From contig NW_024704743.1 in the NCBI RefSeq assembly GCF_018977255.1, positions 39,124,001 to 39,188,000 on the forward strand: a stretch of 64,000 nucleotides of DNA, in the 5' to 3' direction. The notes under the pieces were generated by a model that had not been told where the DNA came from, searched no databases, and saw only the letters and a list, made by a program, of their open reading frames with translations. Positions 23,807-35,979 of this stretch are shown here, piece after piece; within the stretch, counting starts at the first letter, position 1; every line of letters begins with the position of its first letter. Made by a program: the position numbers and the translations under genes. This DNA is from Callorhinchus milii. Its lineage: Eukaryota.

Positions 23807-24026
23807 TACCTTATAAATTATATTGTTGCATTTCATATGGAGCCTTTCATATCAGGAGGATAACTCAAAGTTCTTCACAGGAGTTACTGTAAGGTGTAGT
23901 GCAATGATTGTGTACATGTAAATTTAGAAACCAGGGATTTTGCAAAATCCTTGAAATTTTCAGTAAAATTGTGATACGGTGAAATCATTGAAATTAGGAG
24001 TCAGGATTTCGTGAAAAAGTGAAAAA

Positions 24027-24351
24027 GTGGAGTCCTGTAGCTCAGTGTTTAGAGCACTCGCTTTGCAAGCGAGAGACCTGAGTTCAATTCCAGGCAGGTC
24101 AGGGCGAAACCTTGGGCAAGTTTCCTTACTCCACACAGAGCCTAATAATAATCCCTCCCAAACCAATAACAATAATAAATTGGTCATTTTCAATTTACGA
24201 CTGTTTATGGGACATTGCTGTGCGCAATTGGCTGCCGCGTTCGCCCACAAATATACAGTCAATTCACTTTACAGTGTGTTCTGTGAAGCACTTTGGGACG
24301 TCCTCCCGACGTGAAAAGCGCTATATCAAATGCAAGGATTATTATTATTAT
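24027..24351 (+). mobile_element. Young full-length tRNA-Ala-derived SINE
   Basis: Near-identical to 22968-23293. Confidence 0.95.
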
Positions 24352-24984
24352 AAAGTGACCATTTCATTATATTCATAATCTTGCCTTGATACTTGTTAGC
24401 ATTGTGAAGCTGTCATTGAACACTCTGTGGTGGACAAGGCTTTACAAAGCCCTTACTGCAGTCAGAAGAAATGTCAGACCAATGTTGTAAATGGTTCAAA
24501 GCAAAAATGTAACTCCCGATGTCATGGAAAGCTCACGTGTGTTAACAAATGAACATCTGACCCATCAGTGAATGAAATGTCACATGAAGTTTATGGTGAA
24601 CAAAATATTGTGATTCACCAAGAGATACTATGTTATTTGCCATTTCCTTTTTTGACTGTGTTTGCACCACCCTGTAGCAAAAAAACTCCTTAAAAATCCA
24701 TCTGATAAGTTGTCCTTCTGGAGGAATTTACCAGCTTTGCAAACAGGATGAAAGTGCAACAATGTGATCAAAGACACAGTTTTGTCATTGTGTTGGTTGA
24801 TACAAATTATTTTTATCTCAGACCTAATTTAGTATTATATTGGATGGCGGATAACTGCAACATGTGTGTTCCTGCTGACTCATGAAAGCACCTGCTTATA
24901 ACTGGGACAGTTTTGTGTCCAGGACAAAAATAGTTTTATTGCTCCAATCTTCTCATAGTCTGTTATCTTATAAGTAAGAAAATA

Positions 24985-25370
24985 ATATTTTTTTATATAG
25001 TGCTTTATATGTCAAAATGTCTCAAAGTGTTTTACTGTTAATATGAAGTGTAATGACTGCTTTTTGTAGCTAAATGCAGCGGACACTTTGCACACAGCAA
25101 GGTTCCACAGGCAGCGATGAAGTCAATGACCAATTCATCTTGAGGATTGCTGGCCCAGTGAGATTCTATTCTTTTTTTTGAAATATGATCGATAACATTC
25201 ACCTGAAGAACAAGCAGACTGGAAATTGATTTAAATGTCGCAGCTGAAGGATGGCAAGCTTGATAATGCTCCCCCAGTACTACTCTGGATTATTCCAGTC
25301 TTGGCTAGGAGCTCAAATCCACGTGTGGGATTTGTAACCTGTAGCTTTCTGACCCAGAGACAAGAGGTGG
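24985..25370 (-). mobile_element. Old SacSINE1-like DeuSINE
   Basis: tttgcacacagcaaggttccacag, acattcacctgaa, tttaaatgtc, ttctgacccagagac head. Confidence 0.7.
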
Positions 25371-25665
25371 GGGGTGGAGGGTCGGTGATGTTTTATATGG
25401 AGGGAAGGAGGCCAGAATGAAACAGTGCAGATGTGTGGATTGGTGAGTATTCTAGAGCTTGATCTTGTTTTGCTTTGTCGCTCAGGGAGTATCTATGAAA
25501 AGTTGGGAGAGAACAAGCTTGATGGGCCGATTGATCCTTTCACATTCAATGGCTTTATATTCTGAAGCAATGGTCTGCAGGATTGAATCTTGATTCTATA
25601 CAATAGTTTTCCCCTCATGAGCCACAATAGTCAATGTCTTAAACTAACAGCTAAGATAAAAGTTA

Positions 25666-25977
25666 TGATAATAATAATCCTTGCATTTGATATAGCGCTT
25701 TTCACGTCTTCTAGACGTCTCAAAGCACTTCACAGAATAGACTGTAAAGTGAACTGACTGTATATTTGTGGGCGAAATGCGGCAGCCAATTGCATACAGC
25801 TGTCCCACAAACAGTCGTGGATTGAAACAACCAATTAATTATTGTTTTTTGTCTTGAGGGATTATTACTATGTGTGTGGAGTAAGGAAACTTGCCCAAGG
25901 TTTCACCCTGCTGGGAATCGAATCAGGTCTCTTGCTTGCGAGGCGAGTTCTCTAACCACTGAGCTACAGGACTCCAC
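25666..25977 (-). mobile_element. Young full-length tRNA-Ala-derived SINE
   Basis: Reverse complement of the family; flanked by TAAAAGTTA at 25657-25665 and 25982-25990. Confidence 0.95.
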
Positions 25978-26587
25978 TTTGTAAAAGTTAGTTTACAAAA
26001 CAGATTTTTTAAAATCTTAATCTCTTTTTTGGACTTGGAACTTGCTGTAGTGGATGACAACAATATTACAGTTCATTGAAACATGCAATTCCTTGGTCAG
26101 TGACTGCCTGAAAATTGTGCACTCAAGCAAGACCATTTGAATCGCAGTGTTGCATTTCATATGGTGAACTACAATCATTTTCTTTATAAAGTGCACAGAT
26201 TTCTCATAATGTCCAAGGTTTCTTGCCATTAAATTTAAATAAAAATCAGAATTCATGGGAAAAAAATCTTCTAACCAGTTTTTAAAAAAAGATAACAAAG
26301 AACTATTCAGAATTCTTTCCCGAGAACTGCATGGAATTTGATGTGGTATTCTCTCTATATTGCCAACTTTCAGATAGGCTCAGTTCCTGGAGTTTTTCAA
26401 GTAGAATTTTCAAGTTATTTCTCCACTGAATTGGTCATTGGAGAACTTTGTTGCCAGACCATTTCTTTTTTACTCATATTGTCTTAAACTATTTTAGTCG
26501 CACATTTGACATGTGACTGAATGACAGCAAGCCACCGAACACATTACTGAATATTGGCTGGATACCAACAGGCTTGTTTGAATTATA

Positions 26588-26650
26588 ATCTAATAATAAT
26601 CCTTGTATTTGATAAAGCGACTTACCATGTCGTCGAGACATCTCAAAGCA
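26588..26650 (-). mobile_element. SINE 3' tail only
   Basis: taataataatccttgtatttgataaagcg...gagacatctcaaagc. Confidence 0.7.
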
Positions 26651-26697
26651 TTCCAACCCTTAGGGATAATTGGGCACCTCTGTCCCTCTTCCGCCTT

Positions 26698-27013
26698 GTG
26701 GAGTCCTGTAGCTCAGTAGTTAGAGCACTCGCTTTGCAAGCGAGACACTTGGGTTCAATTCCAGGCAGGGCGAAACCTTGGGCAAGTTTCCTTACTCCAC
26801 ATGCCTAATAATAATCCCTCCAAAAAAAAAACAATAATAAATTGGTCATTTTCAATCCATGACTGTTTGTGGGACATTGCTGTGCGCAATTGGCTGCCGC
26901 GTTCGCCCACAAATATACAGTCAATTCACTTTACAGTATATTCTGTGAAGCGCTTTGGGACGTCTAGAAGACATGAAAAGCGCTATATCAAATGCAAGGA
27001 TTATTATTATTAT
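26698..27013 (+). mobile_element. Young full-length tRNA-Ala-derived SINE
   Basis: Family match; tail loop TAGAA. Confidence 0.95.
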
Positions 27014-27034
27014 ATTTATTATTACTCAGCCCAC

Positions 27035-28272
27035 TTCTATCACCAATTGCCCTTGGAAAACAATCTCCCCCGACTCCCTTTCCACTGCCCTGGAGTCATC
27101 CAAACTCTTGCCCCTCTGACCCTTCTCTCACAATAACATACCCTCCTTGATCTCTCTCTTCTCCACAACTCCCTCTCCTCCATCCTTGACTCCCTTGCAC
27201 CCCTCATCTCCCGAACCACCTCATATTCTCATAAATCACCCCGCTACACCAGCTATCTCTGATCTCTCAAGGCACAAGTGAGCACTGGCGAACATACTTG
27301 GACCAAATCAAATCTAACAGTCCATTAGCAGATCTGGTTTGACCACACTAAGACCAAACGCTCTTGGAAGCCAAGGATGATTCTAGGCTCCTCTTCTCCA
27401 CCCCTAATGGCCTTCTCCATCCACATTCCCGTGCCTTGCCCATCCTCTCCTCCAATTCCAACTGCGAGGAGATGTTGGACTTCCTTGAGTCCAAAATCCA
27501 GATGATTTGTTTGGCTACCCCTGTCCACCGCTGTCCTTTCATCACCCACCTCATGCCCTGACCCCCACCCATCCCTCCCTACACACTTTTGACCCTGTCT
27601 CCCCTGCTTCCCTCACCTCCATCATCTCAAAAATTAGGTCTATCTCGACCCCATCCCCATCTCTCTCTTCAACTCCCAGCTCCACTTCCTGGTCCCTCTT
27701 TCAACTGTCATCATTAACCTCTCCTTATCCACTGGCAGTGTTCCCATCATCCAGAACTCTGCAGCTTGGGTCATCTCCCGCACTAGGCTCCTCGACCCTA
27801 TCACCCCCATCCTCGCCCGACTCCACTGGCTTCCCATCACACAGAGGACACAATTCAACATCTTGGTCCTCACTTTTAAATCCCTCCATGGTCTTGTTCC
27901 CCCCTACCTCTGCGACCTGCTAACCCCCTACCAACCTGCCCGTTCACTCGGCTCAGCGAGTTCTGGCCTGATTCACATCTCCCACCTCACCCGCCCCACC
28001 AATGGCGGGTGGGCCTTCAGCCACTCTGCCCCAACTCTCTGGAACTCCATCCTGCAGTCCTGCCGCCTTGCTCCTTTCTTTGCCTCCTTCAAGGCTTGTC
28101 TCAAGATCCTCCTCTTCGACCGTACTTTTGATCTCCCTGCTTACCACTCTGCCCTCCACCCTCACCGAACCTGATCCCCAGCTTGGGTCCAAAACACTGA
28201 ATGTCCAACACCTTGGGATGTGACCCTGATGTGATGGGCACTATATAAAATGTAATTTTGTTGTTGTTGTAG
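27035..28272 (+). mobile_element. L2 LINE with the RT domain deleted
   Basis: Pre-RT linker (NCEEMLDFLESKI, IINLSLSTGSVP) joined directly to post-RT IIQNSAA and LHWLPIT; (GTT)n tail. Confidence 0.88.
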
Positions 28273-28680
28273 GTGGGACTCCCCTCAGCCTTACAACATT
28301 CTACCATCTCATACAGAGCTACAACCTGTCCCAGACATTCCTCACAAGAACGGAAGCCAACTTGCTCCTTCCTGATCAAACCGCGAGCCTCCAATCGGTG
28401 TGATGTACATGCAGTGACAACCTGCAGCACCACTTTAAGAACCACTGAAATAAGCAAGATTCCTCTGTAGTTATCGGTCACTAGGGTCACTCTTCTTGTG
28501 GATAGACACCACAATTGCACTCTGGAGCACTGACTGGGTGCATACCTCAGAGAGATTCCTATTGACCAGAGCTAGAAGGGCAGCTCCAAGGCCAGTTGGG
28601 AATTCCTGGCTTTGACCTGTAAGATCCTCACCGTTCTCCATCTCCTTCCTCAGGGCAGCTTTCAGGAATTACCAGTGTAA
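28273..28680 (-). mobile_element. RTE-like LINE RT N-terminal fragment (neither L2 nor CR1)
   Basis: FLKAAL...PTGLGAALLALVNR...QSAIVVSIHKKSDP, frameshift, DNYRGILLISVVLKVV...RKEQVGFRSCEECLGQVVALYEMV...GSPTY. Confidence 0.8.
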
Positions 28681-28839
28681 AGCTGGGAGCTAGTGATAAG
28701 TAAGGACAGTCTGAAGAAGATGGACGTAAAAAAGTAGAGCTTCCTTTACAAAAGAAATCTTTCTTTTTATTGTTAAAACTTTTGCGCAAGTTTTGTTTTC
28801 CGGTTGTGACCCACACAATCCTACATTCCCATTTAAACT

Positions 28840-28965
28840 GTAATACACCTCTGTGAGGTCCCCACTGAGGCGAGCTCTCTGGAGACTGAAGAGTCCTAGT
28901 GAGCTCAGCACAGATCATGGCGCAAAGCTGAGGCCTTCCTGATCTGTATGGCTCAGTGATCCCAT
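28840..28965 (-). mobile_element. AmnSINE2-like head fragment
   Basis: Reverse complement reads actgagccatacagatcaggaaggcctcag...gatctgtgctgagctcact. Confidence 0.5.
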
Positions 28966-29301
28966 TAAAAAAACAATTTGATTCTGTGATGGGAAGTCGT
29001 TAAAGTGGATATTCTGGAAGGATGAGATTCAATGGTGAAAGAGTCTTCTCCAGCTGAAACTCTTGTGATCTTGTGTTGAACACCAGCCAGTGACTTTTAC
29101 CAATGGGGCTATTGTAGAAAAAATCATCTTTTGCTCTAGGTCAGATCAAGATCAGTGCATATCAGATCTCTGCTAATCTTAAACACATCACAAGGCACAC
29201 AGAGTTATCATGGTTTTATAACAAACACATTTTATGTTTATTCAGTAATAAATTGAAGATGCTTCTACTTTAGCAATAGCAGGCTGATGTTTATAATTTA
29301 G

Positions 29302-29710
29302 GAGTCAGCCTGGCTCAATTGGTAGTACTCTCGCCTCTCAGTCAGAAGATTGTTGGCTCAATCACAGGACTTTGAACTCATAGTCTAGACTGACATCCCA
29401 GTGCAGTGCTGGGGGTGGGCTGCATTTTTTCTGTGGTGCACTTCCTGATGAGATTTTAAACCTAAGTCCTGTCTGTGCTCATTGAGGTGGACAACAAAGA
29501 TCCCATGACACTATTCGAAAAGGAGGGGAATTTCTCCCAATGTCTTGGCCAACAAATAAAATTGGGCTGCCACTTCATGGCTGTTTGTGGGACATTGCTA
29601 TGCCTCAGTTGGCTGCTGCATTCGATTACGAAAGCCACAGTTAGTATACTTTACAACAAATCCTGGGAAAGGCTTTGTCACGTCCTCAAATTTAAGGATT
29701 GTTATTATAT
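29302..29710 (+). mobile_element. SacSINE1-like DeuSINE, full length
   Basis: gtcagcctggctcaattggtagtactctcgcctctcagtcagaag head; aaagatcccatgacactattcgaaa; gctgtttgtgggacattgct. Confidence 0.85.
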
Positions 29711-30624
29711 TTTAACCCTCTATGTGATGACTTATTAGCTGCCCAATTGTAACCCAGTTGAGGGCTAATGATATTAACTATTTCACATTTTCCTTACATT
29801 GGACAGGGAGTGAGTCAGAATTCCCTTAACATCTTATTCTCAATTTATAGTGGCCTGCGGAGGTTGAATCAGACAAACAGCCAACGTTAGATTCCTCAAC
29901 TAAATGTAGCTAAAATATGCAGGCTGAACCAATACCACCTTAAACAAAATCTACTTCTGGAAGGGTGTTATGCCAATTGGGTTGTACACCAGGGCCAGCC
30001 TCACTCTTCACTCTTCCCTCTTCTTCCTCACTGCCTTAGGGTTTTGTTTTAAAAAGTAAGTTGCATACATCTTATCTCTGCACATACAACTGAATCTGTC
30101 ACAATGTCAATGTGGAGAGCCTGATTGAAAAGTTACCAGAACCCACATGTGAACCTATGGACTATAGTTTAATCCCAAATATACAGCGGGTTCAGAGAAT
30201 CTGATACTAATTTTGGAAAGTGTGGAATTCCAGAAGTCCTGTCTGGAACTATTTTTATAAACAAGGCTCATAATGTTCTGTACAGCTGAGGCAAAAGTTC
30301 CACATCAAAAACAAAGCAGCCGTTGTGCTTTTTTTACATAGTGCTTACTTTATCCCAGCTTTTGGTTAATACTAAATCAGCCAGTTCCTCTGCCAAACAA
30401 AGCTGAGTGACAGCACTATCGGTGTTCCAAGTAAAACAGTTGTATCCTTCAGCTCTTAAGGCCTTTACAGATCCAGTTAAAATCGTGGAAAATAATCTTA
30501 ATACCTGTTGAAACACAAACGGAAAAAAATGTTTCCAACAAAGTAAGAAAGCAGGTAAAAGGGATTGTGCCAATATGTAGCAACATCTCGATTTTTACCT
30601 AACTGCAGTGCATCATCACTGCAC

Positions 30625-31665
30625 ATCTCGTGCGGGTTCCTCAGGGCTCTGCCCTTGGTCCCCTCCTCCTCAATATCTATACGCTCCCTCTTGGTGACAT
30701 CATCCGCAGACATGGGGTCAACTTCCACATGTATGCGGATGACACCCAACTCTATCTCTCTGCCTCCACTCTTGACTTCAGGACCACTGCTGTCCTGACA
30801 GAATGTCTGTCAGACATCAAGTCCTGGATGAGAGCTAACTTTCTTCAGTTGAACGTCAACAAGACTGAGGCTCTCCTGATTGGCTCCTGTCAGTGCCTCC
30901 TCACCTCAGGCGCTGACAGCATCACCATCCATGGTTACACACTCCACCTTACTAAGCCAGTCCGGAACCTTGGGGTCTTGTTTGACCCTCAACTATCCTT
31001 TCTACCCCACATCTGCGCCATGATCTGCTCTGCCTTCCCCCACCTCCGTCACAATTGCCTGGTTCCGACACTGTCTCACACCGCAGGCCGCGGAAACCCT
31101 CATACACGCTTTTATTACATCGAGGCTTGACTATGCAAATTCATTGCTTGTCGGCCTCTCCAACTCCTCCCTCCACAGGCTACAGATTATCCATAGCTCT
31201 GCAGCCCATGTCCTCTCCCGCACTAAACTCCGTGACCCTATCACCTCCATCCTCGCCCGACTCCACTGGCTTCCCATCACACAGAGGATACAGTTCAAGA
31301 TCCTGGTCCTCACCTTCAAAGCCCCCCACAGTCTTGTTCCCCTTACCTTTGCAACCTCCTAACCCCCTACCATCCTGCCCGCTCCCTCTGCTCAGCGGGC
31401 TCCGGCCTGCTTCACGTCTCCCTCCTTTGTCACCCCACCATTGGTGACTGCCACTCTGTCCCAATCCTCTTGAACTCCATCTCGCAGTCCCTTCGCCTCG
31501 CCCCCTCCCTTGCCTCCTTGAAGACCCATCTCAAGACCTTTTCGACCGTGATTTCGGTCACCCTGCTTTCCCCTCTGCCCTCCACCCTCCCCAATTCCGA
31601 TCTCCAGCTCGGGTCCAAAAAACTGGGACATCCTCCTGAGGTGAAAAGCGCTACACAAATTTTAT
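30625..31665 (+). mobile_element. L2 LINE RT 3' half
   Basis: [47 protein letters not shown]. Confidence 0.95.
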
Positions 31666-32194
31666 TCTATCACCTGCCTGCCAAGAACTGAGTTTGCAGT
31701 GAAGCCCTCTACCATATTTTCTTTGCACACACAGCCTGATAAACCTACGGGGATTGCAGGAAAGTTATTTTTAGTTTTACAGCCTCACTTTGCTTTGTTA
31801 TTACTTCAGTAATAACTGCAGGAGGAAATGGTTGACAGCATCCAGTTTCAATGAGTTGGCCAATAATTGAACCACAGTGTATAATTAAACATATATATTA
31901 ATTGCACACAGGCTATTTTTATTAAGAAGTCAGTCTTGTTTACCCTTTCCGTACTTTTTATGGTTACCATAGTATCCAGTGTAAAATAACCAGTCAATGA
32001 CAAAAGAGAATCTAAATTTGAAGAGTCTGATGAAGTGCACAAAACAAGGAGGAAATGGCAGAAAGTATGATAGCTGAAATTGGAGCAGGAATTTACACTT
32101 CCATACGTAAATAATTACACACACAAAATAATGTTGGGCCCTAGAAATTCACTGCAGATTAAATTCTGGTAATTTTACTACCAGAATACTAAAA

Positions 32195-32365
32195 TTTGGT
32201 CACTCAATCCATGACTGTTTGTGGGACACTGCAGTGTGCAATTGGCTGCTGCATTTCACTGACAAAATATACATATACACTTTACAATATATTCCATGAA
32301 GTGGTTTGGGACATCTCAATGAAGTGATAAAGCGCTATATCAAAGGTAAGGATTATTATTATATT
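32195..32365 (+). mobile_element. SINE 3' half
   Basis: ttggtcactcaatccatgactgtttgtgggacac...aaggattattatt. Confidence 0.85.
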
Positions 32366-32459
32366 ACTATTGCTGACATGAAATGTAATTCTTCAGCAGT
32401 GTTATAAAGAACTCAATTTTAAAAACAGTTCTTAAAAATAGTTAGTTTCTGAGTTAATT

Positions 32460-32620
32460 CAGCGAGGTGCTGAGACATACAAATTGGAAAGTTCACAGAT
32501 ATGATCCCCAGTCTGCACTGATCTCAGACAAGGCAGCAGAAGGGTATTGCAATTGGCTTTAGCCCTCTGAACTGGGAGGGGAGAATTAGCCTGTGTTCCT
32601 CGATTTATGATTACTGACAT
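32460..32620 (+). mobile_element. AmnSINE2-like fragment
   Basis: gatccccagtctgcactgatctcagacaaggcagc...caattggctttagccctctgaactgggaggggagaattagcc. Confidence 0.55.
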
Positions 32621-32959
32621 CTTCTGTCAGTTGTGCTCTTTATGCCTCTCTTCCTTTCCGTACTTTGGCTATTTCTCACTTACCTGCATCCCAACCCTAT
32701 CTTCCCTTGTACCCCTTATAGTAAGTTAATTGACTAAGCAATGGAAATACTGAGTAAATTTTAGAAAAATACATGTTTTTTTACACATCTATTGTTCTAA
32801 CTTTAATACATACTGTGTTTAAGTAAGCGGGTATGCTAAGTGACTTGGCCTGTGCATCCACAAGCTCCCTCTAGTGCCCTGTTCATCTCTGTCCAGATGA
32901 GTTCTCTCCTTCCTTTGTCCTTAGATCAGCTGCTGTTCCTGTCAATCTTACACAGTGGA

Positions 32960-33066
32960 CCCACCTCCCACAGTTCAGTCACCTTGTTCAGTTCTGCCTG
33001 GTCAGCCTCTTGGGACGTCCGCCCTACGTGAAAAGCGCTATACAAATGTCATTTTGTTGTTGTTGT
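32960..33066 (+). mobile_element. Solo L2 3' tail
   Basis: ttgggacgtccgccctacgtgaaaagcgctatacaaatgtcattttgttgttgttg. Confidence 0.75.
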
Positions 33067-33545
33067 ACACTCACCAGCCTCCACCCTCAGATTTTCCCCA
33101 AGTTGGGACTTTGAACTTTGGGATCAGCATGTATTCCTAGAGTGTCAGTACTTAGCAAAGAAGTGGGATATCACCCCTCACGTTCCTTTGCACAAGCCAG
33201 AGGATTTATTATTGTTCAGTTTTTTTATAGGGCTGAAATTTGTTATCACATCAAACACATTATCGTAGCACTCACACTTCTGAGGTATAGGTTATTGATA
33301 CAAGCTTTACTTCTGGACTTGAGCTCAGACTAGTTCAGGGTAACAACCCACTACAATAATGGAGAAATGCTACATTTTTAGAGGTCAACATTGTCTTCCT
33401 GTTTGAAAAGAGAAGGGAATTTCTCCCATTGCCCCTTATCAACAATCCTACAACTAAAATTTGGTATTAATTTCTTGGTTATTTGTGATACCTTTGTGTA
33501 TACATTTATGCATTTCCATGGCATGAAACCCGAATAATAATACTG

Positions 33546-33854
33546 TAATAATAATCCTTGCATTTGATATAGCACTTTTCACATCTTCTAGATGTCTCAA
33601 AGTGCTTCAAAGAATATACTGTAAAGTGAATTGACTTTATATTTGTGGGTGAAACGCAGCAGCCAATTGCGCACAGCAGTGTCCCACAAACAGTCATGGA
33701 TTGAAGTGACCACTTTTATTGTTTTTTTTTCTTAAGGGATTTTTATCAGGCATGTGGAGTAAGGAAACTTGCTCAAGGTTTCATCCTGCTGAGAGTCGAA
33801 CCCAGGTCTCTCGCTTGCAAGGCAAGTGCTCCAACCACTGAGCTACAGGACTCC
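33546..33854 (-). mobile_element. Full-length tRNA-Ala-derived SINE
   Basis: Reverse complement of the family; more diverged; loop TAGAA. Confidence 0.93.
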
Positions 33855-34571
33855 TTACATTTAGTATAAATCCTTTCACATTGGGAAAACAGGATATATT
33901 ATGCTCTGAAATGCTACCCTACTATATAAGTTTTTGTTGTTATTGTTGAGTTCAAAGTCCCAACTTGGGGCTCGAATCAGCAACCTTCTGACTCAGAGTT
34001 GAGAATGCCTGGACTAAAACAGGTCTATGTTCCTCATGTTTCAATTATGCAAATTTGGACCATATTATTTACTACAAAAGCAGTATTCTGAAATGGAGGG
34101 TTGAATTTCATTCCACATTGAGACAGGTATGACGTTCATTGGTTAACAGAAAAACAAACCTTTAGTCTGTCTGAATTTGTCAGCTTTAATATCGTACAAC
34201 AATCAACAAAATCATTAATGCATTTATTTCAAACACAAATGTGAAATTAATCTGCACACATAATCCAAATGAAAAGGTCATTAGTTTATACATTTTGTAC
34301 CAGCTTTAGTGGTAGTCCACTGAATAGCACCCAGTCATTGAGTGAGGTTTGCTGTGATTCTCCAAAGTTAGAAACAATTTTAAAATAAATTTTCAACTCT
34401 TTGTATCTCACAAATGAATGACTAGTTTTAAATTCTGCTTTGTTTGTGAATACCATGATTTTGTAAAGCAAAAGAAAGATTTAGATTATTTATGACTTCA
34501 CGAAAATACGTCTCAAATCTCTTGACAAGTAATTACTGTCAAGTGTTGTAACTATTTTTTGTAGGTAAAAT

Positions 34572-34780
34572 CTACCACAAGTTGGAATGGAATCAGTTCG
34601 GCGGCCTCAGTGGTCCGATATCTGAGCCAGGTGGGCCTACAGGAGTCCAAGGCACAGTTGATGATAGATTAGCTAGTCTGGCTGCTGTTAGGACTTGAAG
34701 GAACCAACCAGCCATTGGGGGTCAGGCTTCTTCCCACTCGATTCCTGATAACTTTGTAAGCAAGAGCCCTCATGAAGCAT
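34572..34780 (+). repeat. Unidentified ancient interspersed repeat, copy 2
   Basis: gttggaatggaatcagttcggcggcctcagtggtccgatatctgagccaggtggg...aggacttgaagg aligns with 57609-57790. Confidence 0.65.
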
Positions 34781-35317
34781 ATGTCATACTTGCAAAATAA
34801 CCACCTCCTGGCATCGCATCAATTTTTTTTTTAATAGGTTCAGTGCCTTGGCCCCAAGTTGAATATATATTTAAAGGGGATTGAGTGGGGTGAGGAAAGA
34901 GTTATTTTGTACAAGTTTGGCAGTTATCTTAATTCTAATTTAAATCCTGTCTGAGCCACGGCAAGAGATTAAAGTAAAATGTCATCAATGGGTTGGGCAT
35001 ACCCACTGCTTGAGCTGACACGGATCAAGCCTTCTGCAAACGAAGGCTGCGGAGACAGAATGTGTTCATGCTGTTTGGGATAATGGGAATTTAATAGTTT
35101 ATATACAGAATGCCCAAGGAATAAAAGGAGAGGATACAATTTTTAGTTTAAAAAGAATGGAAATCCAGCTGAACGAGTTTATCCATTTGTTATCTTTAAC
35201 AGATGGTGAACACAATGATGTTCACCCATCACTATTTGTCTGAAACATTTGCTCAGTTTCCAACTTTACTGGTGGTGAATTGTTGTATATTGAATGGGCG
35301 CTATATAAATACAAGGT

Positions 35318-35520
35318 ATAGAATCATACGATCATAGGATACATCACAGAAGGGGCCATTCGTCCCATCATGTCTGTGCCAGCTCTTTTAAAAGAGCTGT
35401 CCAAATCAATCCCACTCCTCCATTCTCTACCCATAGCCCTGCAAACATGTCCTCCCCAAATAATTATCTGCTGCTCTCTTAAAAGTTGTTATCAAATTGG
35501 CTTCCACCACCCTTTCAGGC
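35318..35520 (-). mobile_element. CR1 3' tail
   Basis: atagaatcatac...cagaaggggccattcgtcccatcatgtctgtgccagctct...ccatagccctgcaa...ttccaccaccctttcaggc. Confidence 0.75.
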
Positions 35521-35979
35521 CGTTGTTGTTTATATTATGTTGGGTCTAATTTGTAATATTCACAAATATTCACAAATCAATGCCATCACCAAAACAAACA
35601 CTCAGTGGCACATGCAGGGATAGATTCAGGTATAGAGTTGTACTTTGCTGAGCACTCATTCTAATGTTCCCGAGATGAATCTGAGAGGGGCTAACCTGTT
35701 TCTAAATGTTTTATACACTGGATTTTCTCTGAGCCTCCTGCCAAACTATCAAATTATCCTCCAAAAGTATATTATGAAACAGACCAGACCAGTTTAGCTT
35801 ATACACTAAACAAATAAACTAAGTTTGTTGACAATATACAGTAGAATATGAAAATTATCTATGGGGTTGGCACAATTTAATATAGGGGTGAAAATAGTAA
35901 TAATGTTTCATTCTGTGTTTGAAGGCCCTCTCATTGTGACGGTCACACACATCTGTGTGATACCTTCCCCTCTCTTGGC

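Noticed and set aside
21422..27013. CRISPR-like array of repeated palindromic units
   Set aside because: The repeats are dispersed SINE/LINE tails with irregular kb-scale spacing in a vertebrate genome; no cas genes.
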